Notes: generated by a model not told the origin, from the sequence alone. 64,000 nucleotides of DNA from Flectonema sp. DT1601 (GCA_964019425.1 OZ025785.1:1488001-1552000); one strand, 5' to 3'; shown: positions 1 to 11,025, counted from the stretch's first letter. Made by a program: numbers and translations.

Positions 1-2
1 TG

Positions 3-626
3 ACTCAGATCTGGTGGCCATACACGGGAGGTATCGTCAGCAACTGTTGCAACAAGCAAGCCGACCACGCTGTTCTTATTGTCGGGTACGGTATCGACAA
101 GGGTCAGAAGTACTGGTTGATTAAGAACTCGTGGAACGCAAACTGGGGAGAGAATGGATACATCAGACTGGAGAGAGGAAGTGACCAGTGTGGTATTACC
201 TCTGCTCCAGTCCAAGCGCTTGTCCAGGGAGGTGTCACTCCACCACCAAGACCGCCACCTTCGACCGCATGCCCTCCGGAGACCACCACGACCGTTGTCG
301 GAAACACTCACACATGCACCTGGACCAACAACACTAAGGGAGTGAAACTTCCACCTGGTACATCACAGCTCCATGAGTACTGTGACTACTTCTCAAAGGG
401 AGGATACTTTGGGTACTCGTGGAGTGTTGCAAGTGCCAGTCACTTCGACTATCCTTGTCCTCCACACTCCCGCTTCGGGACCGCCACCGGTAACGTCGGA
501 TTCTGCACCTTTCAAAACGGATCTGACCCAACTACTGGCGTCTATGTGCCGACTGGTGGAACTGTCGACTGCAGCAAGTTGGCTCAGGGAACTTTTTCCT
601 ACAGCTTCACTGCCGATAAGTTTTAG
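3..626 (+). CDS. Papain-family (C1A, cathepsin L/cruzipain-like) cysteine protease, 5'-truncated by the window edge, with a Pro-rich linker and C-terminal extension
   Basis: The frame is open from nt 3: ...YTGGIVSNCCNKQADHAVLIVGYGIDKGQKYWLIKNSWNANWGENGYIRLERGSDQCGI. Catalytic His (DHAV, codon 66-68) and Asn (KNSW, 126-128) are present. TPPPRPPP linker follows; stop TAG at 624-626. Confidence 0.95.
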   Translation, partial: TQIWWPYTGGIVSNCCNKQADHAVLIVGYGIDKGQKYWLIKNSWNANWGENGYIRLERGSDQCGITSAPVQALVQGGVTPPPRPPPSTACPPETTTTVVGNTHTCTWTNNTKGVKLPPGTSQLHEYCDYFSKGGYFGYSWSVASASHFDYPCPPHSRFGTATGNVGFCTFQNGSDPTTGVYVPTGGTVDCSKLAQGTFSYSFTADKF

Positions 627-1771
627 TGCCTTTTATTTCAGGTGATTAATTCGCAGCGTCGAGTTTGACTCTTTACTCAGCAAAGTGGGTTAAGTAGTAA
701 ATATGTTTTCATGTAAGTAATTTATAGTTTTCAGTGAGGAGGTGGGGAGCCCGCCTTCTCACTGTTTGCTCTAATTTGTTTCTGTTTTGACGTTTTCCCT
801 TTATTTATGTTTTTTTCTCTCTCTCTATTCTTTCTATTAGCAAGACAACTTTCCTGCGAAGAAAAGGGACCCGTTAGCAATGAGAAATCTTTCATACTTC
901 AACAAAAGTAATGATTTCATTGTTGTGATCGTTATTCCGGCTTCGTTGCCAGATGTTCACGTGTGTATTTATTGTTCGTTGTTAGAACTTATGTGTTGCA
1001 GTTGGCAGCGTGCTGAGCATGTCAGCTAGTTTTGTGATGCGGGTGTTGTTTGTGTCTTCCTCTGCGGCGACAAACTCAGTCACTCCATCTCGAAAGAGAT
1101 AAGTGATTTATACATACGCCACAGGGTGGGACAATCGATGTGTTTGTTTGTTTGTTTGCTTCCTCATTATGAGCTGAACCACATATATGGCAAAGTATGA
1201 TTGCCTTATTCCCTTTTACACTCACAGTGTCTAAGTGATTCCTTGAGCTGGGATATATTCTTTATCCGATATACTCATCTGATTGGGGGCATCGTCTCCC
1301 AGCTGATGTGTATTTGCTCTGTTTGTTTCTGACTCTTTGAAGTCAACTCTCTCTCTCTTTCCATTCTGCGATGAAAGCTGCAGCGGATTCTTGATAGCAA
1401 TTCTTGATACAATATTTGTTGTACAGTTTTGGGGACTTCAATGGTTACCAAGTTGCTGTAGTTGCAACAGCATTATTATCGTTATATCTATCCGCATAAG
1501 TTTCTGTAGTCGCTCTCGTTGCCCTTGTCTTTCCCTGCCCTACTACACGAACTACTCTGATTCGGTTTTTTTCGAATCGCGTCTTGTTGGAGTTTACAAA
1601 TGAATACCTACCTGATGGTAACTTTTAACTTCCTTTTACAGGTGACTAGGATTTGTTATTCACTATTGTCGAGATGTGTTGAGTTGATATATTTGTGTTA
1701 TAACAATAAACCTTTTTCGTTATCTTGCTAAGTAAAAGAATATAATTTTATTTCTTCACAGATGGCTACAT

Positions 1772-4700
1772 ATGGATGGGTACCACCCACTGCGTGATGC
1801 TAGGCGAAATAGCGCAGTGTTCCAGCAATCGTCACATGTGGAACCCCAAACAATGAAGGTGGTGTATCCACTTGAGAAGAGGACTGGGTTAGAGAATTCT
1901 GTTGAGATGTTGAAACAGAGAAATCAACAGATAAACAAAACTATCGGATCTCCGTTTCCTCTGCCACCAGACTTTGCTGACAGTGAAACGCCATCTGATC
2001 AAAAGTCTTCAGGACAGACATCACCACTTGTGAGACTTTTGAACGAGTTGCAAGACTTTGATAAAACACCTCAAAGAACTCCTTTGAGAGATTTATCACT
2101 TTCATTTATTAATACTCAGGGAACACAAGTGTCTCCTGATCATAATTTTTCAACCGACTTACTATCAGACGTTCAACTCAGCTGTCCAAGACCCCCAGCA
2201 CTTGCTGCATCTCCACCAGCTCCAGTACCAGCACCGATGCTTCGATTCAAAAAGGATCCGGGTAATGGAGAATTCCACCTAGTGAGGAGGACTGGAGACT
2301 CTGACGTAATGCAATTTGCTTCGATGTTACACACGAATATTCGCCAACTAAAAGCAAGAGACTCGGGTTTCGACTGGCAAACCCCAACAGATAGTGAACA
2401 AGATTACTCACAAGTACCCTGCAGGAGATTCAACTCTGATAATTCTATTTATGATTCTTCAAATCAACACAATGAGTACTCTGATAGCTCAAGAAATGAT
2501 TCTTTCATTAGCTATCAGGAGAGCTCACAGTTGGAATGTCAGCGAAGAGTTAGTTCTCTTTCAGGTTCAAAGCAGACTAATCACAAGAGAATTCGACGCG
2601 TTGAAAAGCTCTCCGTCGGAGGAACGGAAGAATCAGAACAAATAAACATCAGCGTTTCATTACCAAGAAAGAGAATTGACCAATGCAACAGAGCTCCACT
2701 ATCAACTTTAAACAAAAACCAACATTTGATTCAACGCAGTTCTACTGCAGCAAAGGATGAGAAGATTTCATCGAAAGATGACTATCACGCGAAGCAGATA
2801 TTAAAAGAAATAACTTCTTCACAAATTGATTACAAACAACGTGGTGAAGTAACGGATCAAAAAGTTGATACCAAAGAGAACTGCGCATCACATCGACAGT
2901 CCGACAGTTGTAATAATAATATAAATCGCGGTATTCACGTAGCCGACACTGTCACCAGAGGTCAGAGTGGTGTAGAAGTTGAAACAGACTCAGAAGCCAG
3001 CACTCAATTAACAATGAGAGAGACTGAAGTCAAACAGACAGGTCCTCTACTGAGAAATAGTAGAAACCATCACCCTGTTGATTCCGTTGTGTCATTACCT
3101 GAGAGACAGCAAGAACCTCACTCTCAACTCACTAATCTGAGTGGTGTGGAATTCGAAACCGATTCTAACAGCAGCACTCAATCAGCACTTCAAAATAACA
3201 CTTTTCTACTGCACTCCTTACAGAGTGCAACAGGTACTCAAGAAGCAGACAGTACGTTGGTAATATTATCTCCTGAAAGCGTGTCGGGCGATGTGAATTC
3301 CGACTGCAGCACTCTTTCGAATATTAACAAACCTACAAAGTCAAAGAACAAACTTCTCCACCCAGTACACGTGTCGGTACCTCAGATGAAACAATTCCTC
3401 GATAAGGATGAGAAATCATTTCAGAGATCGGGAATATTATCACCTGAAAATGCCAATAGGAAACCAAAACAAACTACACCAAAACCGGTTAGGAAGCAGG
3501 GCAGTAAACAACAAGTGAAAACTCGAAAACTGCAGCGAGGGAGAGTTATAAATCAAAAAGCACAAATGCCTCGATCACCACCCAGTCACTATCCTGAAAA
3601 AGAACGAACTGATGTACTATCACCATTGGGCAGACGGAAATCACAATCACATCCGGCATTCTCACCTGAGCAGAAACATTATTATGACAGTGAGAAAGAG
3701 AATGATGTGCATCAGAGTTCAACAGTAGCCCTCTCACCAACAAATCACTTCAATCATCAACTGCAGTGTGATAATACACTCGAGGTATTGCCACTTGAGA
3801 ATGGAACTCTGCTTTCAACTTCTAGTCAGAATCGTTTCATTGAAGATGTGGAGGGGGACTTGTCTACAATGTTGTCACCACCAGCAAGCAGGAGAAAATC
3901 ACATCCGGCATTCTCACCTGAACAGAAACATTACTTTGAAGAAGACGGTGAAGTTCATTTAGTAATGTCACCCGAACCCGATGTGAGAAGACGAAAATCA
4001 CATCCGGCGTTTTCACCAAAGCAAGTTCATCATTTTGAGAGTACTGAAGGGAGTGATGTGAGAGACTCGTTTCTTGAAAACACACTTGACGTTGATAACA
4101 CGTCTTCTGTACAAATAAAATTACCGAATAAAAGTTTACAATCTTCAGCCTCAAAAGATTATATTCTTGAAGATAGTCAAATACTAACTAGAGATGGAAT
4201 GTTGAGACCTGTTGATCCTGAAACGCCTTACAAACAAGCTGTAAAAGAACAGCTTAGGCAGGCAGCCTCAAATACTAAAACTCCGAATCGATCAGTTCTT
4301 GACGATCTCAGTACATCTCAACACAATCGAGACTTGTCGTATGTAAAGAAACGAACTGGCCGTCCATCAACATGGGCGGAGCAGCAAGAGTTGATGAATT
4401 CCGTATTAGCAGATGACTTTCAATATCACTCGAAAAGTACAAAAGACAGCTCCTGCTCACCGATAAAGTGGAATAATAAAACAACAGCAACACAAGTATC
4501 TCCAACAAGAACAGAGTGTAACACCACACAGACGTCTCAGTGGGAATTTGTTAATAGAAACGGTTGCTACGGTCCAATAGAACAAATGGCCCCACCGCCT
4601 GTCAGCAGCAGATCTGTCTCAGCGTCAAGTAGAGTGACGAGTGCTGATGGTCGAGTTCCAATCAAGTCGAAAACATCTCGTGGACTTATCCAGCAGGCAG

Positions 4701-4963
4701 CTTCGAAATTACGAAAGGGTTCACAGCCGGCTACTCGAAAGTACAGAAGGTCAGTTAAAGTGTCACCAGAAAGGAAACCAACAGAGGATTGTGAGGCAGC
4801 TAGTCTTGGGTGGTCTGTCAAGACGACTCGAAGTTTGGACAGCAAAGATGTTTCGAGACCTAGAAAAGTAGCACCTGTAACGCCACCGACTCTCTTTGAT
4901 ATTCGTACGGCAAAACACCCGAAGAGAGTTCGGAGCCGATCTTCTGGTGCAACTCGAAAATAA
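1772..4963 (+). CDS. Hypothetical 1063-aa Ser/Gln-rich, largely disordered protein with internal repeats
   Basis: Long uninterrupted ORF preceded by an AG acceptor (ttcttcacag, ending 1761). No recognisable domain; many SP/TP sites; repeated RRKSHPAFSP motif. Confidence 0.8.
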   Translation: MDGYHPLRDARRNSAVFQQSSHVEPQTMKVVYPLEKRTGLENSVEMLKQRNQQINKTIGSPFPLPPDFADSETPSDQKSSGQTSPLVRLLNELQDFDKTPQRTPLRDLSLSFINTQGTQVSPDHNFSTDLLSDVQLSCPRPPALAASPPAPVPAPMLRFKKDPGNGEFHLVRRTGDSDVMQFASMLHTNIRQLKARDSGFDWQTPTDSEQDYSQVPCRRFNSDNSIYDSSNQHNEYSDSSRNDSFISYQESSQLECQRRVSSLSGSKQTNHKRIRRVEKLSVGGTEESEQINISVSLPRKRIDQCNRAPLSTLNKNQHLIQRSSTAAKDEKISSKDDYHAKQILKEITSSQIDYKQRGEVTDQKVDTKENCASHRQSDSCNNNINRGIHVADTVTRGQSGVEVETDSEASTQLTMRETEVKQTGPLLRNSRNHHPVDSVVSLPERQQEPHSQLTNLSGVEFETDSNSSTQSALQNNTFLLHSLQSATGTQEADSTLVILSPESVSGDVNSDCSTLSNINKPTKSKNKLLHPVHVSVPQMKQFLDKDEKSFQRSGILSPENANRKPKQTTPKPVRKQGSKQQVKTRKLQRGRVINQKAQMPRSPPSHYPEKERTDVLSPLGRRKSQSHPAFSPEQKHYYDSEKENDVHQSSTVALSPTNHFNHQLQCDNTLEVLPLENGTLLSTSSQNRFIEDVEGDLSTMLSPPASRRKSHPAFSPEQKHYFEEDGEVHLVMSPEPDVRRRKSHPAFSPKQVHHFESTEGSDVRDSFLENTLDVDNTSSVQIKLPNKSLQSSASKDYILEDSQILTRDGMLRPVDPETPYKQAVKEQLRQAASNTKTPNRSVLDDLSTSQHNRDLSYVKKRTGRPSTWAEQQELMNSVLADDFQYHSKSTKDSSCSPIKWNNKTTATQVSPTRTECNTTQTSQWEFVNRNGCYGPIEQMAPPPVSSRSVSASSRVTSADGRVPIKSKTSRGLIQQAASKLRKGSQPATRKYRRSVKVSPERKPTEDCEAASLGWSVKTTRSLDSKDVSRPRKVAPVTPPTLFDIRTAKHPKRVRSRSSGATRK
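3632..4040 (+). repeat. Three diverged coding repeats, RRKS(QS)HPAFSP[EK]Q.H
   Basis: aatcacatccggc[ag]tt[ct]tcacc recurs near 3645, 3897 and 3996. Confidence 0.85.
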
Positions 4964-5182
4964 GACTTTATCTGCTGGCCGTTTGTTTTCTTTTTCTTTT
5001 TTTTTTTTCTTTTAGTAGTTTTTTCTGTTATTTCAACAATTTGTTACAGCGGTTCAAATACGTATCGCCAATTAGATTATTAGATTCTTTGAGATGGATT
5101 GTTTTGGTAATTTATTTCGGTTATCACTTCTAACTCTCGCAGGATAAATAAAAAATAATATTCCATCCCACCATAGAACACG

Positions 5183-5689
5183 ATGAGGAAGCCTCCAACA
5201 TATTCTGCAGCGGATGTTGATGTTGATGTGAAAGTATTATCAGAGCATCTTGGAAAAGAGTTTGATGAATGCGGTAAAAAATATGTCGTCGATACGATAG
5301 CTGGAAGTAAACGACGAGTGACATTTAGTAAAATGATCGGAATGATGAGATGGTCGAACGCCATCATGCTCTGGGTAAATGTAAACAAGGATGAAAATTT
5401 TAACAATGTATTTTCTAAAAATAAAAAAGATGAACATTTTATGACCTTCTATGCATCAAAATCTATGAAACCAAAATCACTACTCGTGCGGAAGGTGATC
5501 GAAACGACAACAGACCCAAATCAACACATCCTTCTAATGTGTCGTTGGCCAAGGAAACCTTACGTTTTCTGTGGAAGATGTAAGTGTGTAACATATAAAC
5601 TTGATGAGCAACCAATTTATTTTAATCTTCAATTGCTTGATGGTAAGAAAGTCCATCAATCTTGTACGTCATACGCTGAATTGTTCTGA
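5183..5689 (+). CDS. 168-aa protein resembling the DUF3427 / SRA-PUA-like nucleic-acid-binding domain
   Basis: Motif order G..W.NAIMLWVNV.K...F.NVF....FMTFYAS....ILLMCR....PYVFCGR....P.YFNLQL parallels the DUF3427-type pattern (LFVNL.K..Y.D.F..F.W.S..LLFVR..Y.YLG). Recognised by eye only. Confidence 0.6.
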   Translation: MRKPPTYSAADVDVDVKVLSEHLGKEFDECGKKYVVDTIAGSKRRVTFSKMIGMMRWSNAIMLWVNVNKDENFNNVFSKNKKDEHFMTFYASKSMKPKSLLVRKVIETTTDPNQHILLMCRWPRKPYVFCGRCKCVTYKLDEQPIYFNLQLLDGKKVHQSCTSYAELF

Positions 5690-5775
5690 TTGTGATTTGC
5701 GAAAAAGTTTTTTTTTTTTTTTTTTTTTTAGATAAGTTTGATTTATGTAAACACCATACACACACACAGGATGAA

Positions 5776-5805
<30 letters not shown>

Positions 5806-5809
<4 letters not shown>

Positions 5810-8033
5810 TAAGGAATGCGGGGAGGAGGTATATTGCTGCGGGATCGTTCATGTCGGGACCTTCCTCCTTGAACGAGCAAATTGTGGTACCGGAAACCCG
5901 TGAAACACATCATCAGTACAAGCAAGGTCCACGTAGAAAGTTTATCGTTAGGAAACCAAAACCGGTCAAAGTGGAGTTACTAGAAATGTCAGAAAAGAGT
6001 TCCGAAGAATTAGAACAAATCATTCCTTTTGAGGAACCTGTTGACACTTTGAAAATAGAAGCTGAGGAGCTAATTGAACGGAGTATTGTAAATATCGATC
6101 TTCCAAAAGAAGAAATGCATCCCTCAAAACCAAATAGAAGACTGTTTCGTAAATATGAAAACTTTGAAATAGAACATTTCCCTGCTGCAAGTCAGTCTGA
6201 TTACACTCCTGAAAAAATGTATGACACCTACCGTGATAACACTTTAGCAAAAGGAGAAATTCAAGTAACAATTCCAAGACCGTCAAGTGTTACTTTTTAT
6301 AAAAGTAAACGGGTATCTACCTCTACTCACCATAATGTTGCTCTCCATAGTACGAATACTAAGAGTATTGTACCACTTATGTTTAGTCAATCACCTTTGT
6401 CTTATTTGGGTTCATCGTATTGGGCAAAGCACAACAGAGATAGATTTAAGTGGGAAACAGATCCTTTGGCAACTTCCTGGGATATGCTTCTTGATGAGCC
6501 GACGAACCCTTTACTATCAGCACCGATAACATCTTGGGTACCCTTACCACTTGATGGTGAGACCTTACCTCCTAATGAAATACGTGATGAGTCAGTGCCT
6601 CGGACTGTTCAAGTTGACGGTCAGGAATTCACTGTCTCTCCCAATGATGAAGTAGATATCTTACCAGTCTCGGTAACACCAAAACCTGGACATTGGTTTA
6701 AGCAATACGGAATGCCGATGGATAAAGCTATTGGACCTATTCAGTGGGACAAAGAAACGGTACCTGCAATGAAATTAATCAGAAGTGTAAAACAAGGATC
6801 TCTCACTAAAGATCCGAAAAAGCCTGGTCAAGACATGAGAATATTATGTGTTGGTGATAGCTTAACTCTTGGTATCACAAAAGGATCTGATAAAACTTAC
6901 TACTCAAAAGGAGAGAAGACGAGTCTAAATATGGAAGACGAAGACTTGGATCCTAGAGAGCATCCGTATGCTCTACGACTTCATCATCTACTTAATGCTG
7001 ATATTGATATACTTGGAGTCCCTCGAGACACTACTGACCTAATGAGGGATCGCATGCTACTAAAAGTAAAAGAGCAATTCGAAAAAGGAATGCCTTATGA
7101 TTTAGTAATTATTTGGGGAGGTATCTGGGACTTGTACGACCCCAACATGACAGGTCACGAGGTCGCATTAAATCTAACAAGAATGCATCACGTATGTCAC
7201 TTGTACGGAGCCAAAACACTGGGTTTGACACTACCACAACTTCCTAATAAGCCTCATGGAAAATATATGAATGGTCGTGTTATTGACACCAATGAGCAGC
7301 TTCAAGACTTCGCAAAAGGAAAAAGACGAGATATGTCAATAGTTGATATCCACAGATTAATACCATACTCAGTTCACACATTTAATATTGCTCTCGCTGC
7401 GGACCAACCCCTAATTGCTAAACGTAACTCTGCGATAAATCCTATCTGGCACTCTGCGGCAATCGAAATGACTCCACTAGGATATGACAGGGTTGGTGAA
7501 TTAATTTTCAAGCAACTAAAACACATGCCAGGATTCCTTCAAAAGGCAATCCCAGATCGATTTTATAGCCATCCATGCAATGAACCTCATAATAAAAATA
7601 TACATGATCAAATCAAGAACGCGGTTTCCTTGAGGAGGACGAGGTCCAGAGTCAAATCGCAAGCAAATGCGACTCCATATGGATGCACGTATCATAATAA
7701 AATGTATTTTTTTTTTTTTTTTTTTTTTGTTGTATTTAAAAAGTCTATCTTTCCAACGAGAATTATGTTTCACCGTGAAAAAAAAAAAAAAAAAAAACAG
7801 ATCACCTTGGACCGAAGGAAGGCTCCACGAGTACGATGACCACGACGACAGACTGCAGGTTTGTATTTATTTATTTATTTATTTTGCTTTTGTTTATTAT
7901 CTCATTCAAACATTCTAAAAACTAACATCAGATGGCTATGTCAAATTCTTACATGGTAAGACACCCAATGACAAAACCCAGAAAAGGAAAGATCACAAAC
8001 GACGCATATGCCCGACAATATTCATTACTGTAA
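5806..8033 (+). CDS. SGNH/GDSL-hydrolase-fold protein, probably mitochondrial and catalytically degenerate; exons 5806-7703, 7801-7858, 7932-8033
   Basis: ILCVGDSLTLG (block I) and DLVIIWGGIWDL (block III-like). Arg-rich, acid-free N-terminus MLRNAGRRYIAAGSF. Introns 7704-7800 and 7859-7931 (GT..AG) remove the poly-F/poly-K junk and restore the frame to TAA at 8031-8033. Confidence 0.8.
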
Positions 8034-8466
8034 ATCGCTCATTTCTGCAATAAAAATACGTCTGTTGCCATTGCAACGGATATTGGTTTCTCAGAGTTGT
8101 ATTTTAAAAAGCTGTACAACTTATTATCGATTATGGTATTATCAACATTATCACTCAAGTGGAGTGACCTGCTGCACTTTGGGTAGCAAAAAACAGATGC
8201 CTGAGAAACATTTGTACTAAAAAAAAAAAAAAAAAAATTCTTTTTCACCCCCTATCAAGGCGTTTTGGTTATTCATCAATTTTATACAAAAACTGCTACG
8301 GTAACATAGGCAAATGGCGCTGTCCCTGACAGTCAAGATTGATCCGACACATTGTTGTTTCTTTGAGCTTGATAGCACAGTATGTTGAGAAGAGAATCAA
8401 AGGCAAAAAGAAAATTTTTTTTTTTTTATAAAATACTATTTTTAGCTTAATAATAATAACAACAAC

Positions 8467-10794
8467 ATGACTACCTCAATACTTCCGCAAGAAGAAATAT
8501 TCAACTGGGATTCCAAAAGACTAGGAATGTGTCTAAGAGCCCCAATGACGTGGGGTATCGACAACGCATCGGATGATGAATTCGGACTTCCAGGAAACCC
8601 TTCGTGTGTCGTGTTAACTGATCGATGGGGTGGTATAAGAAAATCTCGGGATCAAGAAACAGAACACGACGACCCCAACGATACAGAAGTCTATGATGTA
8701 GTTCCGAGATCACTCGCATTCTCTATTAGAGAATTGAACGATCCGATGGAGTTGAAGACGCTGTGTAAAGAGACGTTAAAAAGTGTTTTATCTATTAAAG
8801 GACTCTCTGAAATAGACGGCAATACTAACCTCAGAGCTATAACTGTTGGGAGGAAGGCTCAGACGCAGTGTATGTTAGCTGGTCGGACTGCTTTTGGATT
8901 TTCGTATTCTGTTAACGGAAACAAGAGTTGGGAAGGTTGTTATGTTATCGGAACATATGAACCTACTCGAAAACTAGCCCTCCTCGTTACAATAAAATGT
9001 CAATCATCTGACGTGTACACAACACTACCACAATATGCTATCGATTTATCAAGTCATTTCGGAGATGTTTCAAATTTATCTTTTTATGAACCCGGTCATC
9101 AAGTTGAAGATACAGAACCAGATTCCTTATTTAACAGACCTCTTGGTGTAGATGCAAAGTGGACAAAGGGAGTAATGACATATAGAAATCCAACAGCAGC
9201 TATTGCCTTTGAGTTACCAGCGTATCCAATGACAATAAGAGAAGGAGTGTCGTTGACGAGAAGTAATCCTTCAGTTCATATTTATAACTTAACAATAATA
9301 CTAAAGGTACATCCTCCAGACATTGCTGGAGAAGAGGAGATTGGTATGACTGCATCACATCAACCAGTTGAGGTCTCAATTGGTATCGATATTGAAGACA
9401 CAGTCAGAGCAAAGCATCCAACGATAATGTCTGCTGCTGAGTATGGTACGCTAAAGATGAAAGTTATAATGCATGAGTTCGCTAATTCAAAACCAAGCGG
9501 AACACCACTTACTAATTTTATAGGAAATCGTAACGGTGTTTCATATCTCTGGACAGGAAATGTTTCTTCAGAATTACGAAGTAAATTCTGCAAGGCGATG
9601 TGCTGCGTGACTCTAAACAACAACAAAGGAATTGTTGTCAGCTACTTCACTAGAACTGGACAAGGTCTCTTTGATATGAATTTACATATCATGCAAGATC
9701 TTCTCAAAGATATTTATTTCATTCCAGAACGTGAGGCTGATGGAAAGTTCTCTCGAGACCAGGCAACATCAATTCTGTTGCAGACTTCTGATGACTTTTC
9801 ATCGACATTTGAAAAAGAAGGAAGATCACAACAATTATCCAGATACGTCTTCCTCGCATCATGTAGTACAGGAGGTGCACTCCAAGGATATACTGGAGCT
9901 TCAGTTATCCCATTCCCTTCAGAGGTAAAAGATGAAGAGGAAGTCACAAAGAAAAAACGCAACAAGAAAGCAGCCGATAACAGACTCGCTGAAAACGACA
10001 CCGACTCCGTTATCGACGTCTCAGATATTCCACACTTCGCGTTACCAGTTGAAGAGACGATTGAAAGTGAAGATGAAGGCAGTCAGAAGTCTGACAGAAA
10101 TGAAACTCCTGAAGAAGAGCAACAACCAGACAAACAAGAAGCAGCAGAGTGCATAGAAGAACAACTCACTTCACCTGAAGCTGATGCAAGTCTTCAAGAA
10201 GCTGATGCGACAGTTGAATGCAACTCACCAGAAGCTGATGTCCCGACGTCTCAATCTCCGCCACCAACAGGAATGGTACTAAAACAAGACGATGAGTCTG
10301 ATGATGAAGTTACTGGAGTCTCTCTGAAGCAGATCTACACGAAAGCCTGTTCTCGACACGGCGTTAAATCTAACAGTCGATTACTACAGAGACTTCCAAC
10401 AGAAAGTTTATACGCATTCTCTATTGAGGAGTTGGACTTGTCGCTGAACTACTTTGGAAAAGGTTTTGAAGCGGCCTGTTACTTATTTAAATTCATGCCG
10501 AAACTAAGAACACTTCAATTTAATGAAATGAGTATTGGAAATGAAGAAGTCAGAATACTGGCATCGTATTGTGAGAAGGTTCAGACTCTCACTCATCTCT
10601 CTCTTCGATCCAATCCAAGAATCTCTCTGGCGTCGTCAAAACCATTGTTAGGTCTGCTCAAAAAGAATCAAAATATAACATCGATTGAACTTTTGGGTAC
10701 TTCTGTTGGAAATGATGTCGTTAAGCTGCTAAACAGCCAGACTGAAATAAATAAAATTGAAAAAACCAAGGTTGAAGAACAACAAAACACTTAA
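8467..10794 (+). CDS. 775-aa protein: two probable PsbP/Mog1-like alpha-beta domains, an acidic linker and a C-terminal RNI-like leucine-rich-repeat domain
   Basis: C-terminal LRRs: IEELDLSLNYFG, LRTLQFNEMSIG, LTHLSLRSNPRI, ITSIELLGTSVG, preceded by an LKQIY..AC...GVK.NS.LL cap. The N-terminal units (FNWDSKRLGMCLRAPMTW; MTYRNPTAAIAFELP) are a tentative call. Confidence 0.7.
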   Translation: MTTSILPQEEIFNWDSKRLGMCLRAPMTWGIDNASDDEFGLPGNPSCVVLTDRWGGIRKSRDQETEHDDPNDTEVYDVVPRSLAFSIRELNDPMELKTLCKETLKSVLSIKGLSEIDGNTNLRAITVGRKAQTQCMLAGRTAFGFSYSVNGNKSWEGCYVIGTYEPTRKLALLVTIKCQSSDVYTTLPQYAIDLSSHFGDVSNLSFYEPGHQVEDTEPDSLFNRPLGVDAKWTKGVMTYRNPTAAIAFELPAYPMTIREGVSLTRSNPSVHIYNLTIILKVHPPDIAGEEEIGMTASHQPVEVSIGIDIEDTVRAKHPTIMSAAEYGTLKMKVIMHEFANSKPSGTPLTNFIGNRNGVSYLWTGNVSSELRSKFCKAMCCVTLNNNKGIVVSYFTRTGQGLFDMNLHIMQDLLKDIYFIPEREADGKFSRDQATSILLQTSDDFSSTFEKEGRSQQLSRYVFLASCSTGGALQGYTGASVIPFPSEVKDEEEVTKKKRNKKAADNRLAENDTDSVIDVSDIPHFALPVEETIESEDEGSQKSDRNETPEEEQQPDKQEAAECIEEQLTSPEADASLQEADATVECNSPEADVPTSQSPPPTGMVLKQDDESDDEVTGVSLKQIYTKACSRHGVKSNSRLLQRLPTESLYAFSIEELDLSLNYFGKGFEAACYLFKFMPKLRTLQFNEMSIGNEEVRILASYCEKVQTLTHLSLRSNPRISLASSKPLLGLLKKNQNITSIELLGTSVGNDVVKLLNSQTEINKIEKTKVEEQQNT

Positions 10795-11025
10795 AAAAAA
10801 AAAAAAAAAAATCCACTTCTTTACACTTTACTTAAGAATTGTTTCTGTTTGTAGGAGTTAATTTAATATACTGGTCTAATATTCTGTACTCATTTGAGTT
10901 GATTGAAGTACAGCATTTCTATGTTGTTATTCATTCAGTTTTATAACAAGTTGGAAATTTAGGATTCACATTTTTTCTTTATTCAGGTTTTTTTGTTTTT
11001 GTTTTATACAAAAAACTCAATACTC

